NCBI GenBank assembly: GCA_016290415.1
Contig: JAEETP010000002.1
Location: 6,949-70,948 of the forward strand
Reading direction: 5' to 3'
DNA: 64,000 nt
Origin: Bacteroidales bacterium
GTDB lineage: Bacteria; Bacteroidota; Bacteroidia; Bacteroidales; UBA932
Part shown: positions 34,755 through 43,742 of the stretch, piece after piece
Numbering within the stretch: position 1 is the first letter of the stretch
How the letters are laid out: each line of letters opens with the position of its first letter
Notes under the pieces: model-generated
What the model was told of the DNA's origin: nothing
The model's database searches: none
What the model saw: the letters and a program-made list of their open reading frames with translations, nothing else
Made by a program: the position numbers and the translations under genes

Positions 34755-36385
34755 TGGACAAAAGGCTATATCTTGCAATCAAGGGCGCAATCATTTGCGC
34801 CCTTGTTGCTAGTTGCACCGGCCGCCGCGCCGTGCCAGAGTTTGACTACGAAGCTCTTAACGCACAGGCTGCAGCGGAATATCTGCAGCCCGTCCATCCG
34901 GGCATCAGGGGCGAAGTCCCTTTCTGGAATGCCTATTCCTTCAAATTCATTTATGCTCCGGCGTTTGATTTTAACGACGTAGAGGGCGCTACCGACTATC
35001 TGTACACCATAACCGCCGGCGACAAGGCGTTTTCTTTCAATGCCGACTCTCCCAGGCAGGCCCTGTCGCCCGTCTGGAACGAGATTCCGGTGGGCGATGC
35101 CACGCTTTGTGTACAGGCATTGGACAAGGACGGCAACCCGGTGGGCGAGCCCCAGAGCCGCTCTTTCGAGCGGGACAATGCGTTCCACGGCCCTTACGAC
35201 CCCGCCCCCAGGGGCTACCGAGAAGCGGCCATAAAGGCTGCGGAGTTCATCCACCGCAGCGCCGTGGTGCAGGGATGGAAAAAGGACACCCTTCCCGATT
35301 TGCGCTACAATCTCAACTGCTACCCCAACAAAATCTGGGGCGGCACCATCAGGATAGAATGTTTTCTTGCAGGCCAGAAGCCTGCATACCGCGAAGAAGC
35401 GCTCTCAGTGGCCCGTACGGCCGCAGACCAGCTGATTGCCCAATCGCAGGGCACCGACGGCCCCCTGCCCTACTTCCCTCCGACCTACTACGGCCGCGAA
35501 GGCGATACCCTGATATGGTACATCCAGCGGGTGATTGACCGCAACCGCGACTACACGATGTTTGCCGACGCCGTGATGGCAGCCGACGCGCTGCTGGACC
35601 TGTACGATGTCACCGGCGAAGAAAAGTACTTTGACCACGCCCTGCACATAGCACAGACATACCGCGACCTCCAGGCAGAAGACGGTTCCTGGCCCGTCAA
35701 GGTCAACAAAAACACAGGCGAACCCATCACCGACGCCCGCTGTATGCCCACCTCCATCCTGCAACTGGCCCAGCGCCTGCACGATAAATATAAGGTCAAG
35801 GGGTTTGAGAAGATGATTGCCGAAACAGAAGACTGGCTCTGGAAAAACACCATCGCCAATTTCAACTTCAACGGACAGTTCGAAGACGTGAATGTGGCAG
35901 ACAAGGCGGCCTACCAGAACCTGACCAACTGCATTGCGGTGGACTGCATAGATTACCTGCTGCACAAGCCACATCCGTCCAAAAAAGAGAAAGCCGCCTG
36001 CGTGGAGATGGCCCGCTTTGCAGAGGACCAGTTCACCCGGTGGCATTCGCCGCTGGACGAAGATGCCAGGGGCGATGCCGGCGACGCCTTTTCCACTCCG
36101 TTCGTCTATGAGCAGTACTCCTTCCAGTGCCCCATAGACGCCAGCACCGTGGGCGTGGCAAACGCCCTGATGAATATCTACGAAGCAACCGGCGACGCAC
36201 TTGCGCTGGCCAAGGCCAAGGCGCTGGTAGACAGCATCGTAAAGCTGCAGGACCCCGAAACCGGCTGTATCCCCACCTCACTGAATATGGGCACCGACGT
36301 GGACATCACCGAGCACTGGGTCAACTGCACCTTCAGCAGCATAGAAAAGCTTATGCGTCTGGACAGAATATTGAATTCAAAATAA
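34754..36385 (+). CDS. lipoprotein of unknown function, paralogue 1 (probable alpha/alpha-toroid fold)
   Basis: Lipobox ALVASCTG. 543 aa. Colinear with the next gene (YLQPVHPGIRG.VPFWN.YSFKF.YAPAFDF, LDLYDVT, QAEDG.WP.KVN, FNFNGQFEDVNV, MARFAEDQFT). Confidence 0.65.
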   Translation: MDKRLYLAIKGAIICALVASCTGRRAVPEFDYEALNAQAAAEYLQPVHPGIRGEVPFWNAYSFKFIYAPAFDFNDVEGATDYLYTITAGDKAFSFNADSPRQALSPVWNEIPVGDATLCVQALDKDGNPVGEPQSRSFERDNAFHGPYDPAPRGYREAAIKAAEFIHRSAVVQGWKKDTLPDLRYNLNCYPNKIWGGTIRIECFLAGQKPAYREEALSVARTAADQLIAQSQGTDGPLPYFPPTYYGREGDTLIWYIQRVIDRNRDYTMFADAVMAADALLDLYDVTGEEKYFDHALHIAQTYRDLQAEDGSWPVKVNKNTGEPITDARCMPTSILQLAQRLHDKYKVKGFEKMIAETEDWLWKNTIANFNFNGQFEDVNVADKAAYQNLTNCIAVDCIDYLLHKPHPSKKEKAACVEMARFAEDQFTRWHSPLDEDARGDAGDAFSTPFVYEQYSFQCPIDASTVGVANALMNIYEATGDALALAKAKALVDSIVKLQDPETGCIPTSLNMGTDVDITEHWVNCTFSSIEKLMRLDRILNSK

Positions 36386-36396
36386 CCTGAAATACT

Positions 36397-38004
36397 ATGA
36401 AAAAGTCTCTCTTACTTTTATCCGCCATCGCTATGATGTGCATCGCAGGCTGCAAGCCACAGAGCAAAGGGCTGCCGTTTCTGGACTACGACGAGTTGAA
36501 TACCCGCACAGCGGAGGAATACCTGCAGCCGGTGCATCCGGGCATCCGCGGCCAGGTCCCTTTCTGGAACAAATATTCCTTCAAGTTCACCTATGCCCCG
36601 GCGTTTGATTTTGACGATGTGGATAATGCCGCAGCCTATATTTTCACGGCTACCGGCGGTGACACCACCCTGTTCTTTACCAGCGACACGCCGCGCGCCG
36701 CGCTGACGCCCATCTGGAAAGAACTGCCGTTCGGCAAGATAAACCTCAGCGTGCAGGCCATAGATGCCGACCGCGATAATGTGGGAGAGCCGCAGACAAG
36801 AGAGTTCACAAAAGACTATCCGTTCATAGGCCCTTACCCGTCGGTTTCGGACGACTATGTAGGGACAGCCGTTAAGGCGGCTGAGTATATCCACAACAGC
36901 CCCATAGGCCAGCTTTGGCTGGCAAGCGCCGAGCCCAATCTGGGATATCGATTCAACTGCTACGCCTGCAAAATCTGGAGCGCAATAGTGCAATGCGAAT
37001 GCTTTCTGGCTACCCGCAACAAAGATCTCAAAGACGATGCACTCACCATTGCCCGCAACGCTGCAGCGGCGCTTATGAAATATGCCCGTCCCGAAGGGGA
37101 ACCTCTGGCATACTTCCCACCCACCTACTTCCACGGCGAAGAGGGACAGGGCATCGCAGGTGTTCTGGACCGCAACAAAGAGACCACAATGTTCGTAGAG
37201 GCGGTATGCGCCGCCAAGGCCCTGCTGGACTTGTATGACGTCACAAAAGACAAGCAGTATCTGGATTTTGCCTGCCATATTGCCGAAACCTACCGCAGCC
37301 TGCAGGCAGAAGACGGTTTCTGGCCAATGAAGGTCAACTATTACACCGGCGAACCCACCATTCCCGCCCCCTGTATGCCCACCACCATACTGCAGCTTGC
37401 CCAGCGGCTCAATGATCAGTACAAGGTCAAGGGATTTGACGATATGGTGGCCAAGTCCGAAGCCTGGCTTTGGGAAAACACCATTGCTACATTCAACTTC
37501 AACGGGCAGTTTGAAGATGTGAATGTCGAGGGACACGCCCCGTTCCAGGATCTGACCAACTGTGTCGCAGTAGATTGCATAGACTATCTGCTGGCCAAAC
37601 CCAAGCCCAGCCAGAAGGAGATTGACGCCTGCTTTGAGATGGCCCGCTTTGCAGAGGACCAGTTCACCTGCTGGAATTCACCGCTGGACGTTGCCCGCGG
37701 AGAAGAGAGTGTCCAGGACATTCTCCCCTTCGTATACGAGCAGTTCGATTTTCAGGTGCCGGTGGACCACAGCACCGCCGGCGTGGCTATGGCTTGGATG
37801 AGGGTATATCAGCACACGGGCGACCGACTGGCGCTGGCAAAGGCCAAGACATTGGTGGACAGCCTTGTAAAAGTACAGCAGGACAACGGCCGCATCCCCA
37901 CGGTGATGTACAACGACAATCCGGAAGACTACAACGACATCTGGGCAAACTGCACCTGGCAGAGCATTACTGCCCTGATGCGGTTCGCAGATTTGGCTAA
38001 ATAG
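36397..38004 (+). CDS. lipoprotein of unknown function, paralogue 2
   Basis: Lipobox CIAGCKP. 535 aa. Shares long identical motif blocks with 34754-36385. Confidence 0.65.
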   Translation: MKKSLLLLSAIAMMCIAGCKPQSKGLPFLDYDELNTRTAEEYLQPVHPGIRGQVPFWNKYSFKFTYAPAFDFDDVDNAAAYIFTATGGDTTLFFTSDTPRAALTPIWKELPFGKINLSVQAIDADRDNVGEPQTREFTKDYPFIGPYPSVSDDYVGTAVKAAEYIHNSPIGQLWLASAEPNLGYRFNCYACKIWSAIVQCECFLATRNKDLKDDALTIARNAAAALMKYARPEGEPLAYFPPTYFHGEEGQGIAGVLDRNKETTMFVEAVCAAKALLDLYDVTKDKQYLDFACHIAETYRSLQAEDGFWPMKVNYYTGEPTIPAPCMPTTILQLAQRLNDQYKVKGFDDMVAKSEAWLWENTIATFNFNGQFEDVNVEGHAPFQDLTNCVAVDCIDYLLAKPKPSQKEIDACFEMARFAEDQFTCWNSPLDVARGEESVQDILPFVYEQFDFQVPVDHSTAGVAMAWMRVYQHTGDRLALAKAKTLVDSLVKVQQDNGRIPTVMYNDNPEDYNDIWANCTWQSITALMRFADLAK

Positions 38005-38010
38005 AAAGTC

Positions 38011-38940
38011 CTACCAGAAATAGATGCTCTTGCCGCTGGGCTGGAACCAATAGATCCAAGCCTCGTAGAACTCCAGGTCGTTGAACGGGCCTACCGTGTC
38101 TGTCTCCTCGTCGTGGAAGCAGTAATAGTAGTGCAGTCCGGTCCAATACCTGTCGGCTGAATAGAAATGCTGGGTGGGCATTATGCTGCCGGCGTTTACA
38201 AGCTGCTTGGTGATAACATTCCAGTCGCTGCGAATAATGGCGCCGGCTGTCCTCATAGTCGCCAGGCAGCTGGCACGGGAGGCGACATCGTGTCCTGTGC
38301 TTCCCTGACTCATTTCGCTGTCGTGCCAGCGCCTGCTGTCCAGGCGGATGGCCATACCTGCCGCACCGCTGTCAAAGTTGTACTCGCGCAGCACCACAAA
38401 CTTGCCAGAACCGCAGCCGTGGTCGCTGATGTTCACAATTGCGCCGTAGTAATAATTATCTTCCAGGTCCTCTTTTACATCGGGGTCTACAACCCTCAGA
38501 AAATCTGCCCTGGGAGTCGCGTATTTGACTGTTCTGACAAGGTCGCAAGCCGCAGGCAGCGAGAGTGTAGCCAGTGTGGCTCCAGAGCTTTTGTCAAACA
38601 CGGCATCGCCCTGCGAGGCTCCCTGGCCGTCGGTCAGGTGCCAAATTATGCTGCTGCCGCTGCGCTCTACCTGCGCATCGGGACTGATTATCGATTCGAA
38701 CAGCTCCCGGGCCTCTTCATACGACTCCACCGGAATAGTGATTTCCTTGTCTGCGGTAAACTGGCCCATAATCGGATTGACACTGCCGCTGACACGGTCC
38801 TGGCTCACAAGACCGCCCACCAGGAACTCGGCATCGTTGTAAGACGCGGGTTCCTTGATTTCTCTTTTTTCGCAGGCGAAAAGCAACAGCGCGCAAAGCG
38901 CCAAAGAGGCAACTCTTATATATCGGGTTCTATTTTGCAT
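38011..38940 (-). CDS. lipoprotein of unknown function (309 aa)
   Basis: Lipobox LLLFACEK. Overlaps the upstream 689-aa gene by 11 nt. No family recognised. Confidence 0.6.
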   Translation of the reverse strand: MQNRTRYIRVASLALCALLLFACEKREIKEPASYNDAEFLVGGLVSQDRVSGSVNPIMGQFTADKEITIPVESYEEARELFESIISPDAQVERSGSSIIWHLTDGQGASQGDAVFDKSSGATLATLSLPAACDLVRTVKYATPRADFLRVVDPDVKEDLEDNYYYGAIVNISDHGCGSGKFVVLREYNFDSGAAGMAIRLDSRRWHDSEMSQGSTGHDVASRASCLATMRTAGAIIRSDWNVITKQLVNAGSIMPTQHFYSADRYWTGLHYYYCFHDEETDTVGPFNDLEFYEAWIYWFQPSGKSIYFW

Positions 38941-40999
38941 TGTCCACTAATTGTTTGATTTTGGCAAGATCTTCCTGAATATGGAGATATTCGACATTGT
39001 CGGTGGGCAGGTTGATGCACCTGTCACGGATCTCTAAATATATCTTTTCCAGGTCTTTGACGGAGATAAACTCTATCTTGGGGAGGAATTTGAGAGAATG
39101 GAACTGAACCACTTCCTCTCCCTTCTCGATACCCGTGAGCGAAAGCACCGCCGTAACTATAAAGTCCGGCAGATCGGTGTTGAACAGCAGGCGGTCGGCT
39201 GAATTCACAGGCAGGTATACTTCGGGATCGGCCACCATCATCACGTCGTCCACCTCGTCGGCGGTTGCATCTTTCTTGCAGTAGAAGGCCGATGATCCGT
39301 ACAGGCGGCGGTGTATCTTCTCGCCTATCTGCTGCTGGCTGAGGCGGTGGGCAAGGATGTCCTTGTCATCATCGCTTATGAAAGTCTGGAATATCTCGTC
39401 GCCGTGGTATTTCTTTATGACCTTGAACCCTACGCCTTCGTCATCTGACTGGTAGGCCGACTTGTCGGTGATTTCGGGGTTGGTGTACTCCAGGCCGATT
39501 GCCTTGCGGAAGCCGTTGGTATAACCGGGAGCCGCTGCGTTCAAAACGCCGTATGAAACCCTAACTGACATTTTGCCCAGAATATTGGCCGGCACGGCGT
39601 TGGGATTGACGCGCACACGCCCTATGGAACTGGGATCCAGGAACGAAATGAGCCTGAGGCCAAGGTTGTCGGGATCTATGGTAAGCTGGTAGGCGTCGCG
39701 TCCCTCGCTCTTTACCTTCTCCACGGACGAGAATTTGGGCTTGTCGCCCCAGAATGCGTCCTTCACCACATAAATCACAGGGTGATTGGCAATGTTCCAG
39801 ACACCCTCGCCCAGGCAGGTAGGTTCGCCTGCGGGTGTCTTTTTCTTGAAGAACGATGCCACATTCAGTTCAGGGCTGGGAACCACAGTGGTCCTCTCGC
39901 CGCCAATCGTACCCACGGTCTCTATGGTAGCATCCAGCGTCAGGTTGATTTTGCCGTTTATATCACCCAGTTTGTCAGGGTCTTGCAGACCATTCACGAA
40001 AGAAGCCTCCGAAGTCTTTGCTATAGCGCCTATGCCCACGCCTATCAGGGCCGTTATACCAGCACCCGCCAGCCCGCCCGGGGAAAAAAGTTCCGAAAGG
40101 AATGTGCAGTTGGTCAGCAGCGAGCCGCCAAAACCGCCAATGGCACCGCATAGACGGCCTGCAGTGGTGGTACCTGAACCCTTGAGTGATTTTAGATTGA
40201 TATTGCCCGATAAAGTACCGTCCAGGGTTCCGTGCATCAGAGAAGTGAGAATCACGTTGTCCTGGTTGAACACATTCATTCCGGGGCGCATTATACTGCG
40301 GTCAGAAGAGAAAAAGTCGTGGGGGCGCATAGCCGACATATCTATGTCGTATGCCCACCAGCCTACGGCCGGAATCACCTTGCCGTCGTCTGTGCAGGAA
40401 GATGTGAAAGCAGTGGTCTTGAACACGGCGTCGTTGCCGCCCAGCGCGTTTTTATAAGTGTCGGTAACCGACTCGGAATATGGTATCGCAAACTGGTATA
40501 TCACGTGCTCCAGCAAATCCTTGCTCAGCCCCATAACCCACATATGGTCGTTGGCGTCGGAGGCGGGAACCATCTTCTCTGTAAGATAGAAGAACACGCG
40601 CAGGATGCCTGTGTAGCGGTTGTATAGGCCAAAGTAATGCTCTCCGGGCTTCTGGTCTATGCCCGTCAGGTTAAACACCAGCCGCCAGTCCTCGCTGTCA
40701 AGCTCTGCCATATTGCGGGCAGCGTACTGAGGCAACCACTGCTGGGGGCCTTCTTCCCAAGCCCAGGGCAGAGGCACTTCTATGGTCTTGACCACCGGCT
40801 TGTCATTCTCTTTGTAGTAGTCGGTAACCAGGGTTATTGTGCTCTGAGAAGCCCAATCCTGTTCGAAGTCGGCGTTACGGGATGCAAACTGCCCTTTGTA
40901 TCCCACCATTGAATCTTCGTCTATTTTATCTTTGGTGCAGCCGGTAAAAGCCGCAGCTATAATAGCCAGCACGCAGCCGGCAAAAGCTATTCTTCTCAT
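38930..40999 (-). CDS. large lipoprotein of unknown function with an internal glycine-zipper hydrophobic hairpin
   Basis: Lipobox AAFTGCTKD. 689 aa. Residues about 281-328 read GRLCGAIGGFGGSLLTNCTFLSELFSPGGLAGAGITALIGVGIGAIAK. Confidence 0.65.
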   Translation of the reverse strand: MRRIAFAGCVLAIIAAAFTGCTKDKIDEDSMVGYKGQFASRNADFEQDWASQSTITLVTDYYKENDKPVVKTIEVPLPWAWEEGPQQWLPQYAARNMAELDSEDWRLVFNLTGIDQKPGEHYFGLYNRYTGILRVFFYLTEKMVPASDANDHMWVMGLSKDLLEHVIYQFAIPYSESVTDTYKNALGGNDAVFKTTAFTSSCTDDGKVIPAVGWWAYDIDMSAMRPHDFFSSDRSIMRPGMNVFNQDNVILTSLMHGTLDGTLSGNINLKSLKGSGTTTAGRLCGAIGGFGGSLLTNCTFLSELFSPGGLAGAGITALIGVGIGAIAKTSEASFVNGLQDPDKLGDINGKINLTLDATIETVGTIGGERTTVVPSPELNVASFFKKKTPAGEPTCLGEGVWNIANHPVIYVVKDAFWGDKPKFSSVEKVKSEGRDAYQLTIDPDNLGLRLISFLDPSSIGRVRVNPNAVPANILGKMSVRVSYGVLNAAAPGYTNGFRKAIGLEYTNPEITDKSAYQSDDEGVGFKVIKKYHGDEIFQTFISDDDKDILAHRLSQQQIGEKIHRRLYGSSAFYCKKDATADEVDDVMMVADPEVYLPVNSADRLLFNTDLPDFIVTAVLSLTGIEKGEEVVQFHSLKFLPKIEFISVKDLEKIYLEIRDRCINLPTDNVEYLHIQEDLAKIKQLVDNAK

Positions 41000-41017
41000 A
41001 ATAGGGCAAATATATAC

Positions 41018-41056
41018 AAAAAGTCCCGAAACCGCCGTGGTTCCGGGACTTTTTTG
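41018..41056 (-). terminator. bidirectional-looking intrinsic terminator after the GH109-like gene
   Basis: aagtcccgaaac...gttccgggactt hairpin flanked by an A-run on the left and a T-run on the right. It sits 15 nt beyond the stop at 41071. Confidence 0.6.
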
Positions 41057-41070
41057 CGTTCAGCAAGGCG

Positions 41071-42474
41071 CTATTCTGCCGTTGCGAATGTAAGTCCGTC
41101 GGTCTTGTCCCACTCACCGCGGGTGAAGTCGGGCATCACCACTGGCATCGAGCCGTGGTTGATGGAGACCTCGGTGAGTTCTACCAACGCGCTCCACTCA
41201 GCAGCGTCATAAACGTCCTGATCCAGAGGAAGTCCATAGTGCAGGCAGTAGAACAGACGGTAGTCCATAATGAAGTCCATTCCGCCGTGGCCGCCCACTT
41301 TGCGGGCAACCTCTTCCAACTCGGAGATAATGGGATGCTTGTATGCCTCCATTATTGCATCGCGCTCTGCCTCGCCCATATACTGCTCGGCATCCAGATC
41401 GTCATAGGCAACCTCACCCAGATTTTCTGTGCCCAGTGCCAGACCCTCGTTGGGGTATTTGTTGGCAAAGCCCTTGGTGCCAACCACCTGATACATACGG
41501 CTGTAGGGTCGCGGAGTCACCACGTCGTGCTCTACCAGAATGGTCTTGCCCTTGCGGGTGCGGATGGTAGTGGTGGTGTGGTCGCCGTTGGCATACTCAA
41601 ACTTGCCCTCGCCATAGCGCTTGTCGGCAATGGCCTGGCCGGAAAATGCATCGCTGTCCATAGCCACCAGCACATCCATCTTGTCGCCGCGGTGGATATT
41701 CAAATCCTGGCAGATGGGGCCGATGCCGTGGGTGGGATACACGTCGCCGTGGTGGGCGCGGTTGTAGATCATACGCCAGTCACCCTGGTAGTTGTCCCAG
41801 TAGGGATCCAGGTTGTGGCAGTAAGAACCCTCCACGTGCACGATCTCGCCAAAGAGACCCTTCTGAATCATATTCAGGCAGTTGAGCTCAAAGAAGTCGT
41901 AGCAGCAGTTCTCGAGCATCATACAGTGCTTGCGGGTGCGCTCTGAGGTGTTCACCAGATCCCAGCACTCTTTGATGCTGGTGGCTGCGGGAACCTCAAT
42001 GGCAACGTGCTTGCCGTGCTCCATAGCATAAACTGCGATGGGAGTGTGCAGCTGCCAGGGAACTGCCAGATACACAAGGTCCACATCTTCCAGCTCGCAG
42101 AGTTGTTTGTAGCCCTCTTCGCCGCTGAACTCGTGAATTGCGCGGGGTGCGCCCAGGTCTTCGAGCACCTTCTGGGCCCTTTCAACCCTGTCGGGATACA
42201 GGTCGCAGAGAGCCACCACGGTGGCAAACTCCTGGTAGGGCATACGCCAGATGGCGCCGGTACCGCGGTCTCCGAGACCGACGACACCTACCCTCACATT
42301 CTCTATGGGCTCTGCCGCAAAGCCCAGCATACTCTGCTGGTCGGCGGGACGCTCGGGAGTGTTGTAGACAATCTGATTGTTTTTAATTGTGTAGCCGTAA
42401 GGATCGGCCTTCTGGCAGGAAACGGCCAGAGAAACCAATGCAACGATGGCCAACAGTGTTTTGATTCTTTTCAT
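41071..42474 (-). CDS. Gfo/Idh/MocA-type NAD-dependent glycosidase, GH109-like (alpha-N-acetylgalactosaminidase family)
   Basis: Lipobox LAVSCQK, a Rossmann motif VRVGVVGLGDRG, and about 467 aa. The architecture is typical of Bacteroidetes GH109 proteins. Confidence 0.7.
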   Translation of the reverse strand: MKRIKTLLAIVALVSLAVSCQKADPYGYTIKNNQIVYNTPERPADQQSMLGFAAEPIENVRVGVVGLGDRGTGAIWRMPYQEFATVVALCDLYPDRVERAQKVLEDLGAPRAIHEFSGEEGYKQLCELEDVDLVYLAVPWQLHTPIAVYAMEHGKHVAIEVPAATSIKECWDLVNTSERTRKHCMMLENCCYDFFELNCLNMIQKGLFGEIVHVEGSYCHNLDPYWDNYQGDWRMIYNRAHHGDVYPTHGIGPICQDLNIHRGDKMDVLVAMDSDAFSGQAIADKRYGEGKFEYANGDHTTTTIRTRKGKTILVEHDVVTPRPYSRMYQVVGTKGFANKYPNEGLALGTENLGEVAYDDLDAEQYMGEAERDAIMEAYKHPIISELEEVARKVGGHGGMDFIMDYRLFYCLHYGLPLDQDVYDAAEWSALVELTEVSINHGSMPVVMPDFTRGEWDKTDGLTFATAE

Positions 42475-42486
42475 ATTGTATTAAGA

Positions 42487-43734
42487 TTATTCCAACATCA
42501 TACTACGGAAGTCGTCAATGTCTTGCTGTGAGACTTTGGCTGTATTGAGCAGATATTTCTCTACGCCGTCGGCAAAAGTGCCGCCAGCTCCGGCACGGCT
42601 CCAGAAGAGCGGAACCACATCGCTATAGACCCATTCCATACGGGTATTCTTGAAAATTGGCTCGGGGTTGCTCTTCTTTTCAGAAGAAGAAACGCTATAG
42701 CCGACGGGGGCAAAATAAGTCACCTCGTAGGCCTTGCCTATATCGCCTTCCCTGACACCCAGCAGACCCAGCAGCAGGATATCCAGCGTACCTGTGCGGT
42801 CGCGGCCCAGGGAGCAATGGAAGAACACAGGTTTGCCAGCCCTGAGGCTGTTCACTATAAACTCAAAGCATTCTTTGGTCTTTGCTGCATCTTTCACAAG
42901 CATTGACTTGCCGCCCTGCTCAATGACGGGTGCACAGTGGTCCAGACCGTCTACCGCAGGAGAATTCATAACGTCAGACTTGCCACGGAGGTCCAACTGG
43001 GCGCCAATCCCTTCTATAAGGACCTCTTTCTGGCCCTCTTCGTTCAGCATTACCTCCCAGGGATCATTCATACGGCCGCCGCGGTACAATTTGCGGTACT
43101 TGACAGTTTTGCCGTCGATGGTCTTCCAGCCGCCGAGGTCGCGGACATTGCGCACACCGCCGCCGTCACCCTGGAAATGAACCTGATGGAGAAGGCCGGT
43201 AGTGGAGAAACTGCCCTCTTTGATTGTTTTTCCCTTGGCCGAACTTACCTTGAATGTATACTGGTCGTTGGGAACCAGATTGGAAATATTGATAAAGCAC
43301 TGTCCTTCAGGAACCGGGATATCAGCCTTCCAGGAAAGCTTATCTTCAAGATGCAGCGTCAGGGCACCTTCTTTCAATGCCGCCTGATTCCAGCGGAGGC
43401 TGTAGGACAGGGGAATGTCGGAGTCCGGCTCCTTGGTCCAACTGAAAGCCACGCCGGAGGGATCTTCCTGACCCTGCTCGTTATAGAGCTTGCCGTTGAA
43501 ACCGCCGTAATAATCAAGCACTTTTGTAAAAGAATAGTCTTTATCGGGATAGTTTACCTCAGAAAGGAACTTCTGAACGTTGGGATTGGTCACCTGCACC
43601 ACATCCCCGTTTTTCACTTCAGGGGCGGCACCTTCGTATGAGGTCTGATCGTCGGGTTCATAATCTACCTTACCGCTGCAGAACATCAGCAGCGGAAGAA
43701 CTAAAAGCAACGCCAATAGTTTATTCGTTTTCAT
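42487..43734 (-). CDS. exported tyrosine-phosphatase-fold protein (CX5R, Y_phosphatase3-like) with an N-terminal beta-sandwich domain
   Basis: Signal/lipobox LLMFCSG and active-site loop FHCSLGRDRTG. Confidence 0.7.
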   Translation of the reverse strand: MKTNKLLALLLVLPLLMFCSGKVDYEPDDQTSYEGAAPEVKNGDVVQVTNPNVQKFLSEVNYPDKDYSFTKVLDYYGGFNGKLYNEQGQEDPSGVAFSWTKEPDSDIPLSYSLRWNQAALKEGALTLHLEDKLSWKADIPVPEGQCFINISNLVPNDQYTFKVSSAKGKTIKEGSFSTTGLLHQVHFQGDGGGVRNVRDLGGWKTIDGKTVKYRKLYRGGRMNDPWEVMLNEEGQKEVLIEGIGAQLDLRGKSDVMNSPAVDGLDHCAPVIEQGGKSMLVKDAAKTKECFEFIVNSLRAGKPVFFHCSLGRDRTGTLDILLLGLLGVREGDIGKAYEVTYFAPVGYSVSSSEKKSNPEPIFKNTRMEWVYSDVVPLFWSRAGAGGTFADGVEKYLLNTAKVSQQDIDDFRSMMLE

Positions 43735-43742
43735 AGGCCTGT

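Noticed and set aside
38930-40999. The 689-aa lipoprotein as a MACPF/BSAP-type antimicrobial protein.
   Set aside because: I could not find the MACPF signature (Y/W-G-T/S-H-F/Y...GG) or any other recognisable toxin motif. Only the generic glycine-zipper observation is retained.
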